The position numbers and the translations under genes were made by a program. From a virus (lineage: Duplodnaviria > Caudoviricetes), in IMG/VR virus record IMGVR_UViG_3300037510_000448, positions 1 to 24,493 of that record: a stretch of 24,493 bases of DNA; one strand, 5' to 3'. This document shows positions 7,590 to 15,628 of the stretch, piece after piece. Positions within the stretch are counted from its first letter, which is position 1. Every line of letters starts with the position of its first letter. Under the pieces are notes generated by a model. The model ran no database searches. It was not told the DNA's origin and saw only the letters and a list, made by a program, of their open reading frames with translations.

Positions 7590-9341
7590 ATGGAACGCAA
7601 CGACGTCACGCCCCCCGGCCGGGAGAAGCAGGTACAAGCCCTCAAGGAGAAGCCCGGAATCGACAACCCGTGGGCGGTCGCGTGGGCGAGCTACAACGAC
7701 GAGGCCGGCGACGGTCCCACGTGGATGGGCGCACGTTGCGACGCTTGCGGGCAGATCGTGCCGATGGTCGAGGACCGCTACGACACGCATCTCGCTGCCG
7801 TGCGCGACATGGAGCCCAGCAAGCTCGAGCCGATCGGCCATGGCGACCGAGCCGAATCGCGCGACCTTTGCCCAGGTGGCGGGGCGACCGTCTCCAACAT
7901 CGACCATATCGAGCAGCGCGGCGGCAAGTGGGTCCTCTTGGCGAAGAGCACGGGCAAGGTGCTCGGCACGCACGCCACCAAGGCAGAGGCCGAGGAGCAG
8001 GAGCGCGCAGTCCAGGCGAGCAAGCACGCCGACTCGCCCGACCGCGTGCGCCGCTTCGAGCACCACGACTTCGCGTCCAATCTTCCTCGCCCGGTCAAGA
8101 CCGCTGACGGCTTCTGGGCGGTAAGCGGACACGTCGCGCGCACGGGAGTGCAGGAGTACCGCGATTCCAAGGGTGGTATCCGCCGGGAGCTGCGACTGCC
8201 CGAAGATGTGAGTGCCTCGCTTCCCTCGTTCGCGTTGCAACCCCTCACCAATGACCACCCGCCGGAGATGGTCGACCCGCACAATGCCGAGAAGTACGTG
8301 GCCGGCGCCGTCGGCGAAGCGAAGATGGACGGCGGGTGGGTGGTGGCTCCGCTCAAGATCTACACCGCGGATGCGATCGCGGCGGTCGAGGCGGGGCGTG
8401 TGCAGCTCTCGGTCGGCTACAGCTGTCGGCTCGACTTCGTCGGCGGTGACTGGCAGGGCCAGCGCTATGACGCCATCCAGCGCGACATCGTCGTGAACCA
8501 CGTTGCACTCGTCGATTCGGCGCGCGCCGGTAGCGCTGCACGCCTGCGACTGGATGGCAACGACGCAATTTCAATCGCGTGTGACACAAGCCGCGCGGCA
8601 CCCTCAACTTCGGAGAACAAATCGATGGCGCAGATCAAGCTTGATGGCATGACGTTCGAAGTGGCCGACGCCAACGCTCCGGCGGCTGTCGATCGCGCCA
8701 TTGCCGCCGCCCGCAAGGATGGCGAGGACAAAGCTTCCGCGGCCGAGCAGGCCAAGAAGAATGCGGAGGCCATGCTGGTCTCCGTGACCAAGGAACGCGA
8801 CGCCCTCCAGGGCCGCCTCGATGGCAAGCTCGCTGAAGAGAAGGCGCCCGTGCGCGTCCTCGGTCGTGAGATCGCGGTGGTCGACGCGGTCGATCAGACC
8901 AAGATGGACGCGTTCGTGACGCCCCTCATCGAGGAGCGCGCCGCCGCCCGCGCGGCCCTGCTCGTCGAGGCGCGCAAGCACCTCGGCGCGAACGAGAAGT
9001 TCGACTCCCACAAGAGCAAGGATGGCAAGGACATCCCGGCCAAGAGCGACACCGAGATCAAGCGTCTCGTGGTGCAGAAGCTCGAGCCGTCGGCCAAGAT
9101 GGATGGCAAGTCGGACGAGTACGTCCAGGCGCGCTACGACGCCGCGATCGAGGCCGCCGCCAAGCGCGTGCCCAGCTCGATCGAGGTCGCGCGCGCCGCG
9201 GTGACCGGCACCGCGATCGTGGTCGAGAACGCGGACGCCGCGGCGGCGCCGATGGACCCCGAGGCCGCCCGCCGCGCGATGATCGAACGGCAGCTGCGCG
9301 CCAACGTCAACCACCCCAAGCGCATCGACGGCAAGGTCTAA
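7590..9341 (+). CDS. Prohead protease-scaffold, DUF2213 family, with about 150-aa N-terminal extension
   Basis: TADGF...VARTGVQEY, ELRLPEDV, PLTNDHP, QLSVGY, YDAIQRDIVVNHVALVDSARAG..ARLRLD; helical C-terminal half with GKSDEYVQARYD. Confidence 0.9.
   Translation: MERNDVTPPGREKQVQALKEKPGIDNPWAVAWASYNDEAGDGPTWMGARCDACGQIVPMVEDRYDTHLAAVRDMEPSKLEPIGHGDRAESRDLCPGGGATVSNIDHIEQRGGKWVLLAKSTGKVLGTHATKAEAEEQERAVQASKHADSPDRVRRFEHHDFASNLPRPVKTADGFWAVSGHVARTGVQEYRDSKGGIRRELRLPEDVSASLPSFALQPLTNDHPPEMVDPHNAEKYVAGAVGEAKMDGGWVVAPLKIYTADAIAAVEAGRVQLSVGYSCRLDFVGGDWQGQRYDAIQRDIVVNHVALVDSARAGSAARLRLDGNDAISIACDTSRAAPSTSENKSMAQIKLDGMTFEVADANAPAAVDRAIAAARKDGEDKASAAEQAKKNAEAMLVSVTKERDALQGRLDGKLAEEKAPVRVLGREIAVVDAVDQTKMDAFVTPLIEERAAARAALLVEARKHLGANEKFDSHKSKDGKDIPAKSDTEIKRLVVQKLEPSAKMDGKSDEYVQARYDAAIEAAAKRVPSSIEVARAAVTGTAIVVENADAAAAPMDPEAARRAMIERQLRANVNHPKRIDGKV
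8580..8604 (+). promoter_or_regulatory. TGTGACACA-box promoter 2, internal to protease gene
   Basis: TGTGACACA (8580-8588), 10 bp, CACCCT (8599-8604), then GGAG (8612-8615) and an in-frame ATG at 8625. Confidence 0.7.
8625..9341 (+). CDS. Nested in-frame scaffold protein (238 aa, MAQIKLDG...)
   Basis: In-frame ATG right after the protease domain, with an SD, an A-rich spacer and an upstream promoter box. The arrangement is analogous to lambda Nu3 within gene C. Confidence 0.7.
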   Translation: MAQIKLDGMTFEVADANAPAAVDRAIAAARKDGEDKASAAEQAKKNAEAMLVSVTKERDALQGRLDGKLAEEKAPVRVLGREIAVVDAVDQTKMDAFVTPLIEERAAARAALLVEARKHLGANEKFDSHKSKDGKDIPAKSDTEIKRLVVQKLEPSAKMDGKSDEYVQARYDAAIEAAAKRVPSSIEVARAAVTGTAIVVENADAAAAPMDPEAARRAMIERQLRANVNHPKRIDGKV

Positions 9342-9353
9342 GGAGCAGACGCC

Positions 9354-9950
9354 ATGTCGCAGACTACGGTTTCCGCAGGTGGCCAGGCGATCGGCGTCGC
9401 CGGTCAGATCGCCGATAGCCAGGACGGCCACGACATTGTCTCCGGCTTCAACAAGGAGACGACTTCGCAGATCCCGTTCGGGTTCGGCGTGCGTGTCCAG
9501 CCTGGTTCGAACGGCGATGGCTTCCTTCTGGCGACCGGGTTCTCGGGCGGTGCGCCCGGGACCGAGGTCGCCGGTGTCAACGTCTTCTCGTTCAACCACT
9601 TCAAGCAGGGCGCGGCCGATCCCGCCGGTAACTTCGCCGGTGACCTCGGTGGCTCGGGCCTGCTTCCCAACGCCTCGATGCAGATCATGCGCGAGGGGCG
9701 TGTGCTCGTCCCGGTGGAAGGCACCGTCCTCGCGGGCGACCGCGCGTGGTGCCGTGGCATCGCGACCGGCACGACCTCGAACACCGCCGGCATCTGGGCT
9801 GGCACGGGCTACAACGCCGCGGGCGCCGGGTCGAGCTACATGGTCGACTGCACTCGCCAGGCGGTGTTCCGCTCTGGTACCTACACCGCCGCCGATGGCG
9901 TGACCAAGGTCGCGATCCTCGAGTGCGACTTCACCAACAAGAGCTTCTAA
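9354..9950 (+). CDS. Capsid decoration/cement protein
   Basis: Lies between scaffold and capsid with SD AAGGAG. GVAGQIAD, IPFGFGV and IMREGRVLVPVE match the pattern of decoration proteins that precede DUF2184 capsids. Confidence 0.75.
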   Translation: MSQTTVSAGGQAIGVAGQIADSQDGHDIVSGFNKETTSQIPFGFGVRVQPGSNGDGFLLATGFSGGAPGTEVAGVNVFSFNHFKQGAADPAGNFAGDLGGSGLLPNASMQIMREGRVLVPVEGTVLAGDRAWCRGIATGTTSNTAGIWAGTGYNAAGAGSSYMVDCTRQAVFRSGTYTAADGVTKVAILECDFTNKSF

Positions 9951-9962
9951 GGAGCGCGCGTC

Positions 9963-11012
9963 ATGTCGAAGCTGCCCCCGCATTCTCTGGCTGACATCGC
10001 CGCTCTGGCGGAAGGTCGGACGTTCCACGTGTTCGACGCCAACGGCGTGCGGCACGACGCGGGCGAGACGCTCTTCGTCGAGCGTGCCCTTCTGTGGGTC
10101 GAGACCGAGACCTACAACACCCTCTTCCCGCCGCTCGAGGGACTCAAGTACGTCCCTCTCGACACCTCGGCCAATGAGGGCGCGAAGGGGACCGCGTACA
10201 AGCAGTACACGCGGACCGGTATCGCCAAGCTCGTCACCGAGCGCGGTGGGGACCTGCCGACCTCGAAGCTGTTCGTGCGTGAGTTCCAGCACCAGTTCTA
10301 CCGACTCGGCATGTCGTACGAGTACACGCTCGACGATCTGCTCGGCGCGCAGTTCTCGGCGCAGAACGGTGGGCCGGCGCTCAACATCGACATGGAACAG
10401 GCGATCGGCGCGCGCGAGGCCATCAACAAGGGCCTCGACGCGGTGTCTGGTCTCGGCTCGGCCACCTCGGCCACCATTCCCGGTCTCGCGATCGGCATCG
10501 GCCCGGACGTCGGCCTCCTCGGCCTGCTCAACCAGCCCAACGCCTCGACCTACACGCCGGCCGCCGGCGGCGCCGGGTCGGTCCTGTGGCTGAACAAGAC
10601 CCCGGACGAGAAGATCGCAGATCTCACCGGCCAGTACGCGGCGATGGAGTCGGGCACCTACAAGGTGTTCAAGCCGGACTCGTTCCTGATCCCCATCACG
10701 CAGTACCGTGGCGCCGCCGGCGCACGTATGGGCGACGGCTCGGACGAGTCGGTCATCTCGCTTTTCCAGAAGCTCTATCCGGGCGTGAGCATCGACAGCT
10801 GGCAGTACTGCCAGGGCGCGGGCGTCGGAGGCACCGATCGCTGCGTCGCCTACATCAACAACAAGCGCTACGTCAAGCACATGATCTCGCAGATGTTCCG
10901 GCAGATGCCGCCGCAGTACGAGAACATGGAGTACTCGGTCGACTGCGTGGCCAAGACGGCGGGCGTGTTCGCGCCGTATCCCCTCAGCATCTCCTACATG
11001 GACGGCATCTAA
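9963..11012 (+). CDS. Major capsid protein, DUF2184 family (HK97 fold)
   Basis: 349 aa with LF..R.L..VE...Y, YEYTLDDL, GLLNQPN, KTPDEKIADL and KTAGVFAPYPLSISYMDGI; strong SD and TAA stop. Confidence 0.92.
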   Translation: MSKLPPHSLADIAALAEGRTFHVFDANGVRHDAGETLFVERALLWVETETYNTLFPPLEGLKYVPLDTSANEGAKGTAYKQYTRTGIAKLVTERGGDLPTSKLFVREFQHQFYRLGMSYEYTLDDLLGAQFSAQNGGPALNIDMEQAIGAREAINKGLDAVSGLGSATSATIPGLAIGIGPDVGLLGLLNQPNASTYTPAAGGAGSVLWLNKTPDEKIADLTGQYAAMESGTYKVFKPDSFLIPITQYRGAAGARMGDGSDESVISLFQKLYPGVSIDSWQYCQGAGVGGTDRCVAYINNKRYVKHMISQMFRQMPPQYENMEYSVDCVAKTAGVFAPYPLSISYMDGI

Positions 11013-11024
11013 GCCGCTCCGCGC

Positions 11025-11054
11025 TTGACGGCCGCGCACGAAGCGCGCCATTCT
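11025..11054 (+). promoter_or_regulatory. Leaderless sigma70-type promoter
   Basis: TTGACG (11025-11030), 18 bp, CATTCT (11049-11054), 6 nt, ATG 11061. There is no SD. Confidence 0.6.
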
Positions 11055-11060
11055 GTCTCC

Positions 11061-11561
11061 ATGAAGACCGCCGTCATCAACAATCGCGAAGGCCTCGTGC
11101 AGGCCCAGCTCCCCCCGACGATGTTCAACAAGCAGGGTGCTCCGGTGCTCTCCGAGGCCGTGACGTTCCTGCCCGGCGCCAACCTCGTCGACTCCGCGAA
11201 GCTGGATCAGCTCCGTAAGAACTCGGCCTTCGAGCTCAACTTCAACACCAAGATCCCCAAGTCGCCCGCTCCCGAGCAGAACCCTGAGAAGGTGGGCCTG
11301 CCGATCTTGCAGGTGCTCGAGGTCGAACACAAGACGAAGGACGGGGCCAAGATGATGCCCCTTATTGTCGAGGACAAGGCGCCGCTCGCCAAGCTCGCCC
11401 CCGAGGTCGCCCAGAAGCTCATCGACGAGGTGCTGGTCGAGAGCACGCTGCGCGAGTGGCTGCGCGAGGAGACCCGCCCCGAGATGGCGCACGCGCTCAA
11501 CAAGCGCATTGCCGAGCTCCAGGGCGAACCCGAGGGCGGCCCCGCGGCGATGGGCCGGTAG
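11061..11561 (+). CDS. Hypothetical post-capsid protein with C-terminal helical domain
   Basis: Start reassigned from TTG 11025, which is the -35 box, to ATG 11061. C-terminal TLREWLREETRPEMAHALNKRIAEL. Confidence 0.7.
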   Translation: MKTAVINNREGLVQAQLPPTMFNKQGAPVLSEAVTFLPGANLVDSAKLDQLRKNSAFELNFNTKIPKSPAPEQNPEKVGLPILQVLEVEHKTKDGAKMMPLIVEDKAPLAKLAPEVAQKLIDEVLVESTLREWLREETRPEMAHALNKRIAELQGEPEGGPAAMGR

Positions 11562-11569
11562 TAGCCCAC

Positions 11570-11926
11570 TTGGCCATCACCTGGACCGCGGACGTCGTCC
11601 CGATCGCGCCATCGCTCTCGACGGCGTCGACGACGTTGCAGGACCTCATCCTCGCCATCGTCAACCGCGAGATCGACGAATGCGTCTGGGGCACGTTCGC
11701 GGACGATGGCCGCCGCTTCCTCGCCGCCCACTTCGGCACCGTCATGACCGGCGGGGCGGGCGGCGCCGCGGGAGGCCCCATCACCTCGGAGACGCTGGGC
11801 GCAATGGCACGTAGCTACGGCATGGTGCAGAGCAGCATCCCGCCGGCTCTCCAGAAAACGTGGTACGGCCTGGAGTACTACCGCATCCTCACGATCGCCG
11901 TCGGTGTGGCGGCGCTGGTGCCGTGA
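11570..11926 (+). CDS. Head-tail adaptor, DUF4054-like
   Basis: WG...DDGRRFLAAH...GPITSETLG...RSY...KTWYGLEYYRI. The probable start is TTG 11570, because the track start at 11456 overlaps the previous gene. Confidence 0.8.
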   Translation: MAITWTADVVPIAPSLSTASTTLQDLILAIVNREIDECVWGTFADDGRRFLAAHFGTVMTGGAGGAAGGPITSETLGAMARSYGMVQSSIPPALQKTWYGLEYYRILTIAVGVAALVP

Positions 11927-12054
11927 TGGGACCGTGGGGAATCCCGTTCGCGGACTATGAAGTGCGGGGCATCCACGACGGCGCGCAGCTGCATTGCGTG
12001 CGGTTGCCGAAGTTCTGGATGTGGACTTTCAGTCTCGCACTGGCGTTGCAATGA
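11926..12054 (+). CDS. Hypothetical 42-aa protein
   Basis: TGATG overlap upstream and ATGA overlap downstream. Translation: MGPWGIPFADYEVRGIHDGAQLHCVRLPKFWMWTFSLALALQ. Confidence 0.5.
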   Translation: MGPWGIPFADYEVRGIHDGAQLHCVRLPKFWMWTFSLALALQ

Positions 12055-12368
12055 GCGACACCCCTTTCGCAGCACAGATCGCCCTCTCCCGCTACGCGCT
12101 CATCGCCGGGCCGGTGCGCGGGCTCGACCTTCAGAAGCGCGTTCCCGAGCTGATGCGCCGCCGCCGGTGGCCGCACGAGGATCCGGATCTCGTGTGCGTG
12201 ATCGCGGTCGCCGTCGGGCTCAAGAAGATCGGCGCTGGCCTGACGCTCATCCGCCGCCCGCCCGCCGCCGCTGGACTCGGAGGGCTGTGGCCGGCCGAAG
12301 ACGGCAAGATGGAAGCTCGCCAGCTGGTCGAGCGCCTTGAGCTCACCGAGCTCCTCCAGAACCGATGA
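12051..12368 (+). CDS. Hypothetical 105-aa protein
   Basis: ATGA-coupled at both ends; start reassigned to ATG 12051. Confidence 0.6.
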   Translation: MSDTPFAAQIALSRYALIAGPVRGLDLQKRVPELMRRRRWPHEDPDLVCVIAVAVGLKKIGAGLTLIRRPPAAAGLGGLWPAEDGKMEARQLVERLELTELLQNR

Positions 12369-12577
12369 CCGTCTGCCCGTGGTGCGGGCGCTTGTGGCGT
12401 AGCCGCGCACGTTTCAAGGTCTGCCCACCGTGCGTGCGAAACTTCCAATCGCTGGAGCGAGGCCATGGGCATCAAGATCACGGTCACCGACAAGGACCTC
12501 GGGTGGGACAAGCTCTTCAGCCAAGTCAAGGAGATCGCCGACGCGCGCGGGATGCGCGTGCGCGTGGGGGTGCTTGA
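12365..12577 (+). CDS. Small Zn-ribbon-like protein (CPWC...CPPC)
   Basis: ATGA-coupled, with two CxxC motifs in the first 23 aa. The 3' half overlaps the next gene by 113 nt. Confidence 0.4.
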   Translation: MTVCPWCGRLWRSRARFKVCPPCVRNFQSLERGHGHQDHGHRQGPRVGQALQPSQGDRRRARDARARGGA

Positions 12578-13046
12578 CGGCGATGGTGGCGACGCGCGCG
12601 AGGAGGGGTCAGACCTCTCCGTCGCCGAGATCGCCGCCGTCAACGAGTTCGGCACCGAGGACGGGCACATCCCGGAGCGTTCGTTCCTGCGCTCCACCTT
12701 CGACGAGGAACGCGAGGGGTTGGCCGACCTCGGCCGAGAGCTCTTCGCCAAGATCCTCTTCGACGGGATGAAGGCGGAGACAGCACTCGGTCAGATGGGC
12801 ACTCGCCTGGCGTCGGCTGTGCGCGACAAGATCCGGTCGAACATTCCGCCTCTCAACGCGCCGTCCACGGCGCTGCGCAAGGCGATGAAGGGGCGCACCA
12901 AGAGGCTCTTCTCCAAGGCGCCCAAGACGCTCGGCCAGGGACTGGCACAAGTTGGCGCGGTGGCCGCCGTCAAGACCCTCATCGACACTGGTCGGCTCCT
13001 AGGCAGCATCACTTGGGCATTGGTGAAGCCAGGCTCCGGGGAGTAG
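12465..13046 (+). CDS. Neck / virion morphogenesis protein
   Basis: VRVGV...VAEIAAVNEFGT...IPERSFLRST...PLNAPST...LIDTGRLLGSIT. Confidence 0.82.
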   Translation: MGIKITVTDKDLGWDKLFSQVKEIADARGMRVRVGVLDGDGGDAREEGSDLSVAEIAAVNEFGTEDGHIPERSFLRSTFDEEREGLADLGRELFAKILFDGMKAETALGQMGTRLASAVRDKIRSNIPPLNAPSTALRKAMKGRTKRLFSKAPKTLGQGLAQVGAVAAVKTLIDTGRLLGSITWALVKPGSGE

Positions 13047-13055
13047 CATCGAGGC

Positions 13056-13427
13056 ATGGACCTCGCTGGGCTCGTCGAATCGTTCGCCACCGGGACTTAC
13101 ACGGTGACGCGCAACCCGACGGCGCCCTTCGTGCGCGGTGTCGCGCAGCCCTCCACGCAGCAGACCTTCGCTATCCGCGCCAGCGTGCAGCCCGCCTCCG
13201 GTAAGGATCTCCTCCGCCTCCCTGAAGGGCGCCGCTCGAACGAGACGCGCGTCATCTACACCACCACCAAGCTCTTCGTTGGCGACGCGGGCGATGACTA
13301 TGAGCCGGACACTGTCAGTATCGACGGCGCCGACTGGGAAGTGCAGCACGTCGAGACGTGGGTGCAGGCCGGTCTCCAAGGCACTGGCTACCGCTGCATC
13401 GCCCAGGCGCCAATGGTGGGCGCATGA
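13056..13427 (+). CDS. Head closure / head-tail joining protein
   Basis: IRASVQPASGKDLLRLPEGRR...IYT...D.V.IDG..WEV; position in the neck module; TAGCAT-6 nt-ATG start context. Confidence 0.78.
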   Translation: MDLAGLVESFATGTYTVTRNPTAPFVRGVAQPSTQQTFAIRASVQPASGKDLLRLPEGRRSNETRVIYTTTKLFVGDAGDDYEPDTVSIDGADWEVQHVETWVQAGLQGTGYRCIAQAPMVGA

Positions 13428-14026
13428 ACTGGGACGACGTCGGCGACGCAATTCAAGCCGCGTTCGCGCGCGCGAGCGGTCTCTCGTCCGAGCAAGTCAT
13501 CTGGAAAGACCAGAACCGCACGGCGCCGGCGCCGCCGTACGTGACGCTGCGCCTCGGCGGGCCGCTGATGCTCGGAATCGACTACCTCTCCACGACCTTC
13601 GACGACTCACGTCCGCGCGGGCAGGAGGTCGAGCTGCGCGTGCGCGGGGTGCGCGAGGTGCCGCTCGAGGTCGAGTGCTTCACGACTGAGTCCGTCTCTG
13701 GACGCTCCAACTCCGCGCTGGCGCTGTGCGCGCGCACGCTGACCTCGCTCGTGCTCCCCTCGGTGCGCCAATTGCTCGCCGCACAGGACGTCTCTCCCTT
13801 CGATCCCGGCACCCCGCAATGGATCCCGGACGTGCCGTCGACGCACTTCCGCGGGCGCGCGGTGGCTACGGTGCGCTGCTATATGCCGCCCCCGACGGCG
13901 GTCGAGTACGTTGGCTACATCGAGCGATTCTCCGGCGAGGTGCACGCGGTCGGTGCCGGCGGGGGCGAGGACGTCTTCGCCTTCGACGGCAAGGTCGGGG
14001 AGCCCGTCGAGGGGGACGAAGACTAG
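13424..14026 (+). CDS. Tail completion / neck terminator protein
   Basis: ATGA overlap at 13424; VIWKDQN...P..PYVTL; immediately upstream of the sheath. Confidence 0.75.
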   Translation: MNWDDVGDAIQAAFARASGLSSEQVIWKDQNRTAPAPPYVTLRLGGPLMLGIDYLSTTFDDSRPRGQEVELRVRGVREVPLEVECFTTESVSGRSNSALALCARTLTSLVLPSVRQLLAAQDVSPFDPGTPQWIPDVPSTHFRGRAVATVRCYMPPPTAVEYVGYIERFSGEVHAVGAGGGEDVFAFDGKVGEPVEGDED

Positions 14027-14028
14027 TT

Positions 14029-14053
14029 TGTGACACACAGCGGGACGTAGCCT
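14029..14053 (+). promoter_or_regulatory. TGTGACACA-box leaderless promoter 3 (sheath operon)
   Basis: TGTGACACA (14029-14037), 10 bp, TAGCCT (14048-14053), 6 nt, ATG 14060. Confidence 0.8.
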
Positions 14054-14059
14054 CGTTCC

Positions 14060-15616
14060 ATGAGTCTGGACGACATTGCTTCCGTCGAATTCACTCTCGC
14101 CAACCCGGGCGTGACGGCGGCGGGCTTCGGCGTCCCTCTCATCGCCTCCCCGAACGCCACGTGGGTCGAGCGCACGCGGACATACACGGACATTGACGGT
14201 GTCGCCGACGACTGGGGCACAGCGACGCCGGAGTACCGAGCCGCGTCGATCATGTTCTCCCAGACGACGGGCATTGAGCGAATCATGATCGGCCGCTGCG
14301 CCAACAAGCCCACACAGAAGTGGACAGTTGGTGTGGCACAGACGCCGACGGCTGCCGCGGTCTACAAGCTCCGCGTCGCCTGCGATAACAGCGGAGTGTG
14401 GACCTCCCAAGAGGCCGACTACACCGCTGCCGCCGCCGCTGCCTGGACGATCAACACCGCCTACGCCCAAGGGGCCGTCGTCGTCAACGACTCCGCGCCA
14501 CTCAAGTTCTACGTCTGCATCACCGGCGGCACTTCGGCCGGCGCTGGTGGTCCGACGGGCACTGGTGCTTCCATCGCGGACAACACCGTCACGTGGATGT
14601 ATGCAGGCACGGGCGTGTTGGCGACGGCGAGCAACGACGCGATCGTCTACAATCTCAAGCTCCTCCTCGACGCGTTCGCGGCGCCAGTGCTGGCGACGAC
14701 CAACACGTTGACGGGTTCGGCTGGGTCAAAGTCGCTCCAGATCCTCGCCAACACCGCTGGCGCCTTCTTCGGCGTCGAGGCGCTCGACCTCGACTTCCTC
14801 GCCATCGCCCAGACGCACGCCGACCCCGGTATCGCTGCCGACCTCGACGCGCTCAAGAAAGCATCCAGCGCGTGGTACGGTCTGGTCACGCTCTACAACA
14901 GCTCCGCCCTCGTCCTCGCCGCCGCCGGCTGGGCCGAAGCAAATGAGAAGCTGTACATCATGTCGACGGCCGACTCGCTCGCGGCGACGCAGGCCAACGG
15001 CACCGGCACTGACATCTTGCAATCGCTGGCGGCGCTCACCTACGCGCGCACGGGACCTTTCTTCCATCCCGCCAATGACGAGTTCGCCGACGCGGCGGAG
15101 ATCGCTCGCTGGTTCCCGATTCCGCCGGGCGGTGACGACTGGGTACTCAAGTCGCTCGCTGGCGTGACGGTGCGGACGTACACGGAGACTCAGCAGACCA
15201 ATCTCATCGCTAAGCACGCCAATTACTACGCCGATTTGGGCGGAGCCAATGCCGTCCAGGGCGAGGGCAAGGTCTCGGCCAACGAGTACATCGACGTCAT
15301 CCGCGGGCGCGACTGGTACAAGGCCCGGCTTCAGGAGCGCATCGTCAACGCGCGCCTCTCGGCGGAGAAGATCCCGTTCACGCCTGGCGGTATCGCCGTC
15401 TTCGAGACGCTGCTGAAGGCGCAGAATGACGAGGGCGTAGACGCTGGCTTCATCGCGCCCAACACCCCCGACACCCCGATCACCGTGGTCATGCCCAAGC
15501 TCTCGGCCATCTCCACCGCCGACAAGCAGGCCCGCTGGCTGCGCACCGCGCGCGTGACGTTCACGCTGGCGGGGTCGGTCCACAAGATCTCGGTCACCGT
15601 CCAGGCGACGCCGTAA
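14060..15616 (+). CDS. Tail sheath protein, DUF3383 family, with inserted aromatic module
   Basis: MSLDDIASV...AGFGVPLI...PEYRAA..MFSQ, WVLKSLAGV, EYIDVIRGRDW, KIPFTPGGI, FTLAGSVHKI. Confidence 0.9.
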   Translation: MSLDDIASVEFTLANPGVTAAGFGVPLIASPNATWVERTRTYTDIDGVADDWGTATPEYRAASIMFSQTTGIERIMIGRCANKPTQKWTVGVAQTPTAAAVYKLRVACDNSGVWTSQEADYTAAAAAAWTINTAYAQGAVVVNDSAPLKFYVCITGGTSAGAGGPTGTGASIADNTVTWMYAGTGVLATASNDAIVYNLKLLLDAFAAPVLATTNTLTGSAGSKSLQILANTAGAFFGVEALDLDFLAIAQTHADPGIAADLDALKKASSAWYGLVTLYNSSALVLAAAGWAEANEKLYIMSTADSLAATQANGTGTDILQSLAALTYARTGPFFHPANDEFADAAEIARWFPIPPGGDDWVLKSLAGVTVRTYTETQQTNLIAKHANYYADLGGANAVQGEGKVSANEYIDVIRGRDWYKARLQERIVNARLSAEKIPFTPGGIAVFETLLKAQNDEGVDAGFIAPNTPDTPITVVMPKLSAISTADKQARWLRTARVTFTLAGSVHKISVTVQATP

Positions 15617-15628
15617 AGGAGCACGTAG

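Noticed and set aside
8604-11492. 962-aa minus-strand ORF, and other long antisense ORFs such as 7143-8501, 14726-16033 and 20590-21687
   Set aside because: These are shadow frames of high-GC3 plus-strand genes, with Arg/Gly/Val-rich composition and no motifs.
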